Source of the DNA: Utricularia gibba
Taxonomy: Eukaryota; Plantae; Magnoliophyta
Assembly (NCBI GenBank): GCA_002189035.1
Contig: NEEC01000018.1
Span: 806,001 to 870,000, forward strand
Length of the DNA stretch: 64,000 nt
Reading direction: 5' to 3'
Positions 50,474-62,599 of the stretch are shown one piece after another. Every line of letters starts with the position of its first letter. Positions within the stretch are counted from its first letter, which is position 1. A model generated the notes under the pieces. It saw only the letters and a list, made by a program, of their open reading frames with translations, was not told the DNA's origin and did no database searches. A program made the translations under genes and the position numbers.

Positions 50474-53400
50474 GGCTGAGTTGGTGATATACATCTTTAA
50501 TATATTATTTTTATTTAATAAATGTAATTAACAATTATACAAAACTATTTTTTATAAATGTTATACCATATGAATTATTTGAAGAGATCACATGGGTGGT
50601 TAAATATAAAATTATTGTTTCATTTTAATTTAATTAAACTGCTGAAAATGAATGGCCGTAGCATGCCCATGACTAATTCAAAAGCATTTAGTTAGTTGAA
50701 TATTAAATGATGTCTCAATTCCTTCTTATTTAAATTGACTTCTTTTTCATTTCCACACCTCTCATCTTCCATCTATATCCTACGTTTAGTTTCCTGCAAA
50801 AAATTGCTGCTCACAATCATCATGTCAAAGGTTTCAATCCGTATATTCTCCGGTGGAAATATCTTAAGAGATCAATACTCCAATTCTGTTGTACATGATC
50901 GTGACCCCGTAAAGGTGATTCTAGTGAAACCTACAATTTCACTAGAACGATTTATCGAGATTTTACAACGTGAGGTAAATATAGTTGTAGATTTTCGTAT
51001 TGTTCGTATCAAAGTCAAATTTTACGATGTCAACACTCACGACTTCAACTTCTTCCCAATTTCTGATGAATCCGGTCTACGGTATGCCTTGAATCCATTC
51101 AACTCACAATATGATGTGGACTTATATATTATTGATGATAGCATGAGTCAATGTGCTTCTTCTAGTTATTCCGGTAAGTACAATATTTTCAGAATATAAT
51201 TTATATTTATTTTTCATGCATTAAAACTATAAATTTTGCATAATCTAAATATAAATATTGATTTTGTAATGCATAATGTTTGGATACTTATTATGAGTGT
51301 GATTACATAATATTTTATTAATATACACAATTCATCAGATTTATAATTAAGTGATCACTATATTAGCATACATCATATTAATATTGATGATATTATTTAT
51401 TTTTATTTAATAATGAATAAACTAAATTTTTAGATAATTAAGTTTAAAAACTAATTTATAATTAATATCAATTATAAAATTAATTTGCACATAAAGAAAG
51501 ATCTTTGGTTGTGGCAATATTAATTGGCCGATGAATTCTGAGAACTATTTAAAATAAACTTAAAAAAATGATTTAAGAATTTTAGTAATAGGTATTGATA
51601 TAAAAACATAAAATATTTTAAATAATCAAAAAGAAAAGTTAAGAACTATTTATAATAAAAAAAGAATAAGTGGAGAATTAATTTGAATAAAAAAAGTTGA
51701 GATTAAAATAAAAAAAATATTAATTCAGCATAGAACCGTAAGTAATTTTTTAGCATTTTTATTATTAATATCACTTATGAAATTAATTTTCGTAAATAAA
51801 TAATAATTTTGATGAAAAATAACTATTATTAAAATAAAATTTACAAAATAATTTAAGAATTTCAATAATAAAATATTGATGTAAAGTATAAATATTTTAA
51901 ATAATTAAAAAGAAAGTTAATAACAATATGTAATAAAAAGAAAATAAATATAAAAATTAATTTGAATAAAGAGAATTGAGGTTAAAGTAAAAAAATTATT
52001 AATTCATTATAGGAAGAGAAGTAATTTTGATAACTATACATTTTACTAATTATTTTCATGAATAACAGTGCCAATGGCTCCGCAACCGATTCAAGATCAA
52101 CAATATTTCGATTCAGAATACTATCAAAATTTGTACAACTCACTCCCGTCGTCCTACATTGAACAAGATTTCGACCCGTTCGATTTTCCACATCCCCAAC
52201 CATCTGAGCCTCATCATGAAAATGCTGCCTCTGACAATGACCCCATGGAGGAGCATGAGGAATTTGCAGAGTACAACAGTGATGATGATTCTGATTACAT
52301 TGCAGATACTGTCGAGAGTGACTCTGATGATGAATTTATCCCAACCCCAGAGGAGGTGGCTATGGCAGTAGCCGCGTTGGATGACGGAAACATAGGTGCT
52401 ACACCATCTATTGGGGTAGATGACAATGATGCAACTCTTGATGACTTGGAAGAAGGTCCCCCTGCAGATTATTATGATCGAATCCCATCTATGGATACAC
52501 AACAGGCAGAGGAGATGCATCTGCGTGAGGGTATGCATTTTAATGATAGTCAAAGTATGATGGATGCAGTGATGAGATATCATGTATCGGTGGCACAACG
52601 AGAGTTCAAGGTGTATAAGAGTGACAAAAAGAATTATTCCGTCATTTGTCGACAAGCAGCAAATGGAAGTAGTAATTGCCCATTTGCGCTGCGTGGGGGA
52701 CCTAGCAAGAAGACGAACACATGGAGGATTACTATGCTGGTGGAGCCACATACTTGCGATGTGACTGATTCATTGGGAGCTGGTCATCATGTCAACCTAT
52801 CAATCAAATTCATTGCGCCTCGATTGAAACCATACTTGAAAGCCACGCTCACAATCAAAGGGGTGCAGTCGATTATCAGAGACAAGTGGGGGTATGAGGT
52901 TAGCAAGTGGCAGGCCTGGGCTTGCATGATCCGTGCATACGAACTTTGCTACGGTACCTGGGAGAAGTCTGTGATAGAGCTACCACGGTATCTAGAAGAG
53001 GTTCGTCATAGAAACTCAGGCACTGTGGTCAATTGGGGTGATGATGCACAGGATACCCAGGGCCCACATTATCTAAGAAGGGTTTTTTGGGCATTCGGTT
53101 TTGCGATTCGAGCCTTCGCCTATGCTCGTCCGGTGCTATGTGTCGACGCCACACACTTATACGGTCGCTATGACTACAAGCTGCTTGTTGCGGTTGCCGT
53201 TGATGGGAGCAACAAGATTTGCCCTGTCGCTTACGCCTTCGTAAGAAGTGAGAGTGAGGAGGATTGGACGTGGTTTTTAGGATTGCTTGGAATGCATATT
53301 GTCCGAGATAGAGAAGGAGTATGTATCATAAGTGACCGTGCCGCAGGCATATTAGCAGCATATAGGAACTACAAGGAATGGTTTCCCCATTATGGCGTGC

Positions 53401-55482
53401 ATCGTTTTTGTAATTGGCACCTCCGCAAGAATGTTCAGACGCATATTGGAAGACGATCGAAGGGTGTGTCCAACATGGTGCATAGGGTTTCTTATGCTAG
53501 GAATGAGGTAGATTTTCAAAATGCATGGAATCACTTGAAAGAGCACTGTCCAAAGGCACATGCTTATTTGGAAGATATTCCATTTGAGGAGTGGACATTG
53601 CTATATGATGGAGGACATCGGTTAGTAGTTTTTAGGTTATTTTTTAAAATTATGAATTTGATATGACATCACAAATTATATTATCTACAAACATCATGTA
53701 CAGGTATACCATAATGACCACCAATCCTGCGGAAGCTTTGAACGGTGCCCTAAGGGAAGCTCGACGCTTACCTCCAACCCAAATTGCCAAGGTATTATGA
53801 TATGCAATAATGTTTGAGCCTTTATACTATCAATCTTTTATAATATTCAAGAAAATTTCAGGTTACTTTCGAGAAAGGAAGAGAGTATTTTGAAAAATAC
53901 CGAGCAGCAGCGATGAAGAGACATAAAGAGGGCATACTTTTTGGGAGAGTAGTGGAGGAAGCATATCGAGAGGAAGCGAGAGCATTGCCATTCCTACAAT
54001 GCATTGTGTATGATACTGAGAATCAGGTGGCAGACATCATAGAGGAGACTCCACACTCTTCTCAATCCCGAAGGGTGCGTGTTATCCAAGGAGAGTGTGC
54101 CTGCGGGATTTGGAACATAGACCGTTACCCTTGTCGTCATGCACAAAAGGTAATAATACGATATCTGTTATATCATTTTTCCTATGATTTAAATGCATTG
54201 ATTACATGCAGGCCCTTCATAAATTTCGTATCAATCCAAGGACTCGAGCCTCGGTATACTACCTTGTAACCACAATGGTTAATATGTACCGAGGTAGCAT
54301 TAATCCGGTAAGAGATGAGAGTGAATGGGAACCCGCACCCTTTGAGCTCTTGGTTGACCCAGCACGTAAACGAGTCACCGTCGGTCGAACACAGTCAACA
54401 AGGTACAAGGGGCCACCAGATTTTGAGCAGAGAGCAACTAGACGTGAGAGGCGACGGAAACCGAATGAAGCCTCATCTGGCATCACCCGGAACCAATCAA
54501 TGCAACAACATGGACTGGAAGATTCACATAATAGTACATCGAGGCGTTCTAGGAGACAACAGGATGCAAGTAAGGGACCAAGCTCGATTGATTTGAATAC
54601 TCCTCCTCCAAGCCAGGATTATGGATATGCGCCCTCGTTCAAAGAGTCTTCGGCGTATCCGATCCCTTCTTACAGTGAGGTACCACATTCTAGGCGAGAT
54701 AGCGCATTACTGTCCACAGGATACAACAAACCGGGAGGCTCCTCGTTCAGACATTCGTCGTATGATGGTCTCGAATTGGGTCTTGCTATACAACCCACCT
54801 CAACAACGGCATGTGATTCAATATCACATCCCCCTTGGGCTCCGCAAGGCATAGCTGCTAGGAATTCGATATCATATCTTCCAAGGCATCCGCAACTCGA
54901 GAGTCGGAGTGGCACAAACATTGGCACCCAGAGTAAGAAGGTCCTTGTGAAACTTATTGGAAATAAAATAAGTGGTGTATTTAAGAAGAAGTAGATGTTT
55001 TAAAATTGTCTAAAATGCAGTTGAATACTTGATCTATTTTTTCAAATATTGGCTTTGAGTCAAATGGATAATTTACCTTCGATCGATAAAAACACTCATT
55101 TATATCACTTGTAAATAAAACAAAAATTAAAAAAATATGTATTTTTCGTATTCTATCAAGAATACGGAAAAGTGATGAGATACCAAAGATCAATATTGAT
55201 CAGAATGACAAAAAAATCAAAACCCAAGATCCATAGGACCCCAATCTCTAACTCACTTAGTTCATCGCATTAACACAAACCCGGTAAATGAGAATGCAAA
55301 TCTCAAGAAACCCAGTTGAAAAATTGGACAGACAAATCCAAAATTCCACATTTCATTGAGGTAAAAAAAGCTGCTGAGTTAAAAAAAACAAAAATACATA
55401 AAAATGTATTTTCCCAACATTAACCAAAAGGATGTATTTTGCAAACTAAAATTGTAAAAAGATGTATATCACCAACTCAGCC
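50474..55482 (+). mobile_element. MuDR/Mutator element (~5.0 kb), possibly autonomous
   Basis: A perfect 25-bp TIR, GGCTGAGTTGGTGATATACATCTTT, lies at 50474-50498 and as its reverse complement at 55458-55482. It encloses an intact transposase gene. No exact TSD (gttgagtggtcg vs gttgatttcg). Confidence 0.8.
50822..54994 (+). CDS. MuDR (MURA-like) DDE transposase, 5 exons, ~1020 aa
   Basis: Exons 50822-51173, 52069-53620, 53704-53791, 53862-54149 and 54212-54994 are all GT-AG, phase-compatible and total 3063 nt with no stop. Domains: MuDR zinc-finger region (EFKVYKSDK..C..CPF....W.I....PHTC), D1 VLCVDATHL, D2 IISDRAAGI, HRFCNWH, E in TTNPAEALNG, and SWIM CACGIWNIDRYPCRHA. Confidence 0.88.
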
Positions 55483-56502
55483 GTTGATTTCGAATCTAGC
55501 ATTCATTTCTTCGCAGATTTAAACAAAGCAGCAAATCTTGTCCACTCGACGAGAGTATTTCTTCATAAAAATAAACGACGCCAAATATTTAAATTAATAT
55601 TATCAACAATTGCAATTTCCATGATGAACTAAACTCCAAAGATGATCAATAATTATATGAAGAGTAAATTAAATATATATTTAAATAATTATTATAGTTT
55701 ATTAATAAATAGAAACTAAATTCATTCATATATATAATTATGAAAATTATTTTTTATTTTTCCAAAAAAATATAAGTATGAATAATATAATATTCATATA
55801 ATACAAAAAATGATTGAAAATATTGTCTTACACTCTTATTTTTATATTTTAATAAAAAATATCACAATTATGTATTTTTTTCAAAATTATCTAGAAAAAT
55901 AAATCATCTAGAGAAAAAAATATGTTTTTATTAAAAATATGTGGGAAAATTAGTTATTTTTAATTTTTTATTCTTTTAAAATAAATTAATTTAAAATTAT
56001 TATTAATTTTCTTTATTATTATCTCTTACAATGTTACAATAAATTAATTTAAATTTATTACTAAGTTTTATACTAGTATAAAAAAAGAAGAAATAATGGA
56101 TTTCTTTCTTGAATTATGTATCAAGTGTTATTACAAATCATAACAATAAAAAAATAATTTTAAATTAAATTATTTAACTGGATAACAAATTAAAGATAAT
56201 TTATTTTTGTAAATACTTTTTTCATACTAATTAATTTCTTGTATATATGTTTTTAAAAATACATATATTTATGGTATTTTTTTATTAAAATATACAAGTG
56301 AGAATATAGAAGAATATTTTTTATCATTGTTTTTTTGTAAATATCATACACTAATGGATGTAAATATAAATATTTTTTTATTCATATTTATATTTATTGA
56401 AATAATGAACAAAGTAATATAACCATATTCAATGGAATCTTAAAAATAGTTAATTTTCGAATTTTGTATTACTATGGTTATTTGATAATAACCATATGTT
56501 TT

Positions 56503-56612
56503 ATGACGTGGAAGCTGTGCACCATTCAATTAGAAATTATTTAAAGTCCAATAATTACGTTTAATTATGCATCACACGTCAGCGCTAATTACGTGTATAT
56601 CTGTATATATAT
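56503..56612 (+). promoter_or_regulatory. ACGT-core (bZIP/ABRE-like) cluster and TATA box upstream of the WAV3-like gene
   Basis: ATGACGTGG at ~56504, CACACGTCA at ~56573, TTACGTGT at ~56589 and TATATATA at ~56605, about 120 bp before the ATG. Confidence 0.45.
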
Positions 56613-56724
56613 ACCCTGCTCAGGTTCGTCTACCCTCAACCTGTAGCGGGAGATTTTGGAACTCTACGTCCGTGCAGTGACAAGGAAATCCGTGAGATCT
56701 GAATCCAGTTCCTCGTCTTGGGAT

Positions 56725-58511
56725 ATGGGAAAAAGCTGGATGGTAAGTGCATTTCGAGACGCCGGAGACACCGATCACACGGACGCCGGCGCCGCCTTGG
56801 CGTCCCCCAGGGGGCCAATGCTTCCGTTAGCTCGGTCTCCGAGATCGCCTTTTTCCATCCTCAAGAACACCCTTCGTCTGTCAAGAGTATGATTCTTGTA
56901 AAGTGAATCGCACGAGTAGACGAAGGTTTGCATCAGATTTTGTTTCTAATGCTGGGTGTTTGTTTGCAGAGTAGCTGTGGTGTGTGTATGCAGACCTTGA
57001 AATCCGGCCATGGAATGGCCATTTACACTGCGGAGTGCTCCCATGGCTTCCACTTCTCTTGTGTAGTCTCACATGTCAGGGAACGAGGATCCCTTGTTTG
57101 TCCTGTCTGTGGAGTTACTTGGAAGGATGCGCCTTTTCTAGCAGTTCGTCCACACAACGAAGCTGCTTTGATGGAGATTCCCAAAAAGAACAGGAAGAAT
57201 TCGCAGCTGCATTTCGTTGAGAACTCACGTTACGCAGACGATGAACCACTGTTGACTCCCAAGACGAGTAGGGCTCTACTTGCTCCTATTCAAGATGAAG
57301 AGTTTCCTGGTTTCTTAAATAACCCCGTTTCTAGCACCGACTATCGTCTCCCTGGAGATCCACTGAAACTGGAGTTCAGCTTATCCAGTGAGGCAGCTGT
57401 GATTTCTCGCGGTCCAATACACAACACCTACGCCGTCGTGCTGAAGGTAAAATCCCCCGCGCTGCAACCGAAACGGGCGGCGGAAAAGAAAAGTCGGGCG
57501 CCGATCGATTTGGTGGCGGTTCTCGATGTTAGCGAGGGAATGGCCGGAGCCAAGCTTGCAATGTTAAAAAGGTCCATGCTCCTGGTCTTATCCTCCCTAA
57601 GCTCCGCCGACCGCCTCTGTATCGTAGCTTTCTCATCTGCGCCGAGGAGACTCATGCCCTTAACGAGGATGACAGCCCGCGGGCAGCGATTGGCTGAGCA
57701 CATCATCCACAATCTTTCCTGTAGCCAGGGAGCGAGCGTTGAAGAAGCGCTGAAGCACGCAACGCAGGTGCTCCACGAAAGGCATGAGACAAATCCCGTC
57801 GCCAGCGTGATCCTCCTTTCAGGCGGTCACGGAGGCGGATTCGCCGCCACAAAAAAGTACCAGAGATCGCAAGAAGATGCGTCGTTCACTCGATTCGCAC
57901 ACGTCGAAATTCCGGTGAATTATCCGGAGCCGGCTGAGAACACTGTGTCCAGATGCCTCGGCGGCCTACTGTGCGTCGTGGTCAAGGATTTGAGAGTCCA
58001 ACTCAGTTTCGGACCCGGATCCGACCCAGGAGAAATCACCGCGATTTACCCACTGACCCAGCCAAGGACCGTCTTCGGGCCGAATTGCATCCGACTCGGA
58101 GATATGTACTCCGAGGAGGAGAAAGCGCTAATGGTAGAGATCAGAGTACCCGCATCACTTCCTCGGGTCGGGTTACACCATGTGATTGCAGTAAATCATT
58201 ACTACAAGGATCCGATCACCAGAAAGCCAATCAAGGGTGGAGATCGACATTTGGTGTTTCCGCGGGCCGAGACCGTTCGATCTGGCGGCCTGAAAATCGA
58301 GCGGCTGCGGAACACCTTCATTAGCCACCGAGCCGTGGCGGAGTCATTCCGGCTAATTGAGCGCGGCGCGATGGACAAAGCCGAGGAGTTGTTGTCATCA
58401 GCTCTCGCCCTGTTACGGCAATCGGCTGCTCATCCAGCCGGTGAATGGGTCGAGAATTTAGAAGCACAACTCAAGCGAGTGAAATCACAGCGCCGGCGCG
58501 TGGGGGACTAG
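56725..58511 (+). CDS. WAV3: RING-H2 + von Willebrand A domain E3 ubiquitin ligase, WAV3/EDA40-like, ~567 aa
   Basis: Exons 56725-56886 and 56970-58511 are separated by an 83-nt GT-AG intron. RING: CGVCMQTLKSGHGMAIYTAECSHGFHFSC...CPVC. vWA: RAPIDLVAVLDVSEGMAGAKL, SSADRL, RLMPLTRMT and NPVASVILLS. The paralog identity is approximate. Confidence 0.9.
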
Positions 58512-59939
58512 AAAAACTGCACATTTACATGAGACATGATTACGCACATGCAGAAAATCAAATTAGAGTGCAAAAATGATAAACCTTAAGTTGTTTTGAG
58601 CAGTGTGACGCGAGCCATGTGTAAGAAGACGAGTTTGTATGTTGAAAAATCATATTTATTTTTTTGTATTCATTAATATTTAATCTCTATTTTTATAGTA
58701 TGTTACAGATTAAATGCATAGAAAATGTATTTTTAAAGCATTACAAATATGTTGACAAAATCCAAAATATTTATAATTAAAAATTTATGATTAAATATCA
58801 TTACATTTTCAGTATGCAACTATATTTATTCTCTTTTGTTCATAAAAAATTTATAAGTTACAGAGATTAGGAATAGAAATTAGATAGATAAATTGGAGTA
58901 ATCATTATTTTTGGATGACCAGTTTATATGAATATATAACTAATTCATTAATGTTTTAAAAATTATATAAGCTAATTTTTAAAAATTTTGTAATTATAAT
59001 TGAAGATATCTAGTTATTTATCTTTTAAAAAATTAGAAATAAAAAAAGGGTAATTCGATCCAATCTACTTAATTGGAACATATATAATTTAATTTGTTAT
59101 TATTTAAATTAAATTTGAATTTGAATTCAATGATGAAAGTTGGGTTTGGATTGATTCAAGATTAATAACTATAAACCCAATTAGACCTGTTTGATCCATA
59201 TATATTTTAATTATATTACTCTTATAAATAAACATTAAAAAGTATGATAGAAATTAATATTATGTAACTAATGAATAAAAAATTGAATCATTTAACTTAG
59301 ATAAGTTTCTAATCATATTTTTCAAATTGAATATAATTTTTATTATAGAATATCATATTAAATCTGAAAAGGCATCAATGAGAGAAAAGTTCAAATCTAG
59401 TTAGAGAGAATATGAGAGGAAATGGGTGGTGGGGGGTGGCATGGACGAGTGTGGATCATTATGATCCACTAAATGACTTGCCATCATGATATAGTTTTAA
59501 GCAATCCATCCTTATGTGGAACCAAGAAGATTGATCAAATTTCTCAAGGGGCTGAGTTCATAGTTTCAAAATAGACGAGCACTCATATACCGTATAAAAA
59601 TGTTACCATTGTTGAAATTGTTAGAAACTTAAAAAGGATTGTAGATGTGTGTAGTGTTTGGATTTTGAAAAAAATGGTTTAGGATTGTTTGAAACGTAGA
59701 AGATTTGCTTGAAAAATATTATGTAGTACTCTTTTTTTTCTGATTTATTGGAGTACTCTTCCATTTGATTGTTGAGCCTAAAAGATGTTTGGTCGAATGG
59801 ATTACTATCCAAAAATTTGAATGATTATTATTATTTATATAAACCTTTATTAAAAGGTTTATAAATTAAACCAATGTATCCATAAATGTTGCATTCATTT
59901 TTTTTCCTTTTCAAACTTGATGATGCATTTGTGCATTTA

Positions 59940-61105
59940 AATATGGTTGGAAGTCAAAAACAACAAGTCAGGCAGCAAGGTGACAACAAAGATATGAATG
60001 TTAAGACTAAATGTGCATGAAAACCAAATGAAGAAAAGCATTTAATACAAGCAATGAAACGGATAATGGTTGAGAATGGGTTCAGAGAAAATTATCTACA
60101 AGCTCTCAAGGATGCATTTTTTAGCATAAACCCAGGTTCGCATATTCGGACAACCCCACATCTAGACTCCAAGATGCACACATGGAAGAAGGAATATAAC
60201 AGTCTTCATGACTTCCTAACAAAATCTGGGATTGGATTTAACAAAACTATGAATATGGTTGATGCTACCGATGAACTTTTGATAGAATTAAAGCATGTAA
60301 GTTATGTATCATTAACATTGATTTACATATATGTTGTTGTTTATATTAGTTGTGCATTGCTTGTGGCTTACAACATAATGAAAATTCATACAAATTGTTG
60401 AGATATAAATCATGGCCATACTACATAGATTGTATTATGATATTTGGCAAGCATAGAGCATCAAAAGAATGGGCAGAGACTATACGTGAATGCACAAATA
60501 AACATTGCAAAGAAAAGGCTCCTAAAGAAGAAATGGATGATGTCCCATTGTTATTGAGGTTTTCAATATTGTCTAAGGGACTTGAATGGAACACATGTTA
60601 ATGCAGAGTAAATGAAGATTTGAAGCTAAGGTTTAGAAATCTAAAAGGAAATATCAAAACTAATGTGTTTAGGCATTTGTGACTAGAATATGAATTTTAT
60701 ATATGTATATGCCAATTGGGAAGGATCGGTTGATGATAGTAGGGTACTACAACATGCTATCGCATTACAAGATGGGATGCATGTTAGTAAATGTGATTTT
60801 CATTTGTTACTTATTTTTAAATATGATGGATTATGGTTCATATCATGCTTTTTGATAGACAATTATTATTTGTGTGATAATGACTACACAAATTATGAAG
60901 ATTTTTTATATTCCTATCGTGGTGTATGCTATCATTTAAAAGAATGGATTCATGGCTCACAAGCTCCTCAAAATCATCGTGAGTATTTTAATATGAAACA
61001 TTTTTTACCTAGAAATGTAATTGACAAGGCATTTGGTATCTATCCTAAAGACATGTTAGACAATTTTACGAAATCTATTTTCTATCCTATTCAAATGCTA
61101 AAGTG
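59940..61105 (+). mobile_element. Decayed PIF/Harbinger derivative (Myb/SANT ORF fragment joined to a DDE transposase fragment)
   Basis: NGFRENYLQAL...TTPHLDSKMHTWKK...SGIGF and WPYY..IFGKHRA indicate the Myb/SANT-like ORF. CLRDLNGTHV, WEGSVDDSRVL, YYLCDNDY...YRGVCYHLKEW and YFNMKH..RNVIDKAFG indicate the Harbinger transposase. Stops and frameshifts are present. Confidence 0.8.
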
Positions 61106-62599
61106 ACAAAGTAAAGAGTTTTAATATATTTAATATAAAAGAAGTTCCTAATACATTTAGATGTGAAAAATGTAGTTTCATTTATATTCTCTTTTATCAA
61201 ACTTTTTTATGAAACACATTCTACTTTTACATATACCTTTTTACCAATCTACCATACATATTTATTTGCATTTCATTAATCATTTTAATCCTTCATTTAG
61301 ATGCATGTGGTTGATAGAATACTAACAATATAACACGAATCTATAAGTATGTTTTTAAACCAATCGACCAACTTGTGATACAAAATCAAATAAAATACCA
61401 TAACTTTTAACGAGGAGAGAAAGACCTCGGGTGCTCCATACTAGTTCAAAATGCTTTATTGTTAACGGTTTTCGAACTACATGAACAATCATAGTCCAAG
61501 AATAGGTTTAAGAACCTAAGAATAACAAGAATCTGTCATTGTGTCTACAACAAATCGAATCAATATTAGAGCTTGAAGCCTTATAACTCCCAATTATCAA
61601 CGAACAGTTTTTCTTCAAAGCTTTCTTCCCCTTTTCTCCTTTTCTTGGGGGGCACTAACATATTGAGACAGGTCGTAAAAACATAAGGAGTGTTGAAAAA
61701 TTTTTAAAACCTATTTCGACTTTTCAGAAGTAAAAATAGTTTTGTTTTAGAACATTTTTAATTGTAAAAGTAATTTTATCAAAAATACTTTAAAAATTAT
61801 AACTACAAAAGTGATTTTTGAAAAAGTAAATGTGTGTTTTGGAAAATTTTTAGATGTTGTTTTTACTTCTATTTTTACTAAAAATAATTTTACACATAAC
61901 ACTTCCTATTTCTATTTTTGTTTTTCATAAAAATAGTTTTTGAGTATAGTTAAAAATCAAGCAGAAGTAGAAATAAGAAAACAACTACTTCTACTTCTCA
62001 TTTCTATTTCTACAATAAAATTCTCGAAAATATTTTTCACCTTACGCTTGGGTTTGTTTGAAAAGATCATCATAAACCCAACAATTCCCTAAACAATCTT
62101 CTTTAATTTTTATCGGAGATGACCATTCCTCTCGACGACGAAATAATTGCTGGCTTTTGTTTCCTCAGTTTCTTCTCTCTTTCTCCATTGGATGCAAATA
62201 TAAAACAAGGAAGGAGCTGTTTCACATGGGCTTCTGGGCAATAAGGGTTTAGAATAAACAGAGGTCCATTTTGGCAATAAATTTCAAGTATTTTTTATAG
62301 TTAGAACAGATTTTTGGGTTTGCTTTGAAGATTTATCAATTGGGTTTTCTTTTGGAATGATTGTTGAGAAAATTGTAGTCAATTTTCATTGGTTTCTCAT
62401 TTTTTTTGGATGTTTCTTTATTAAAGAAGTGCAAACATGTTGATGAAAGTGATGCCTACGAATGAATTTGTGGAGCTACTGTGTTATTTTTTTTATTCTC
62501 ATTATGAATTTTTTTGTTTCAATTCTCATTATGATAGTGCAAATATCATGAATGCAAGCAATCAAAAAAGAAAGAAAAGTGTTCTTGGTGGCAGAACTT

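Noticed and set aside
50822-54994. Calling the intact transposase a MUSTANG or FAR1/FRS domesticated gene
   Set aside because: It is enclosed by perfect TIRs and lacks the FAR1 N-terminal signature, so it is better explained as an element-borne transposase unless synteny shows otherwise.
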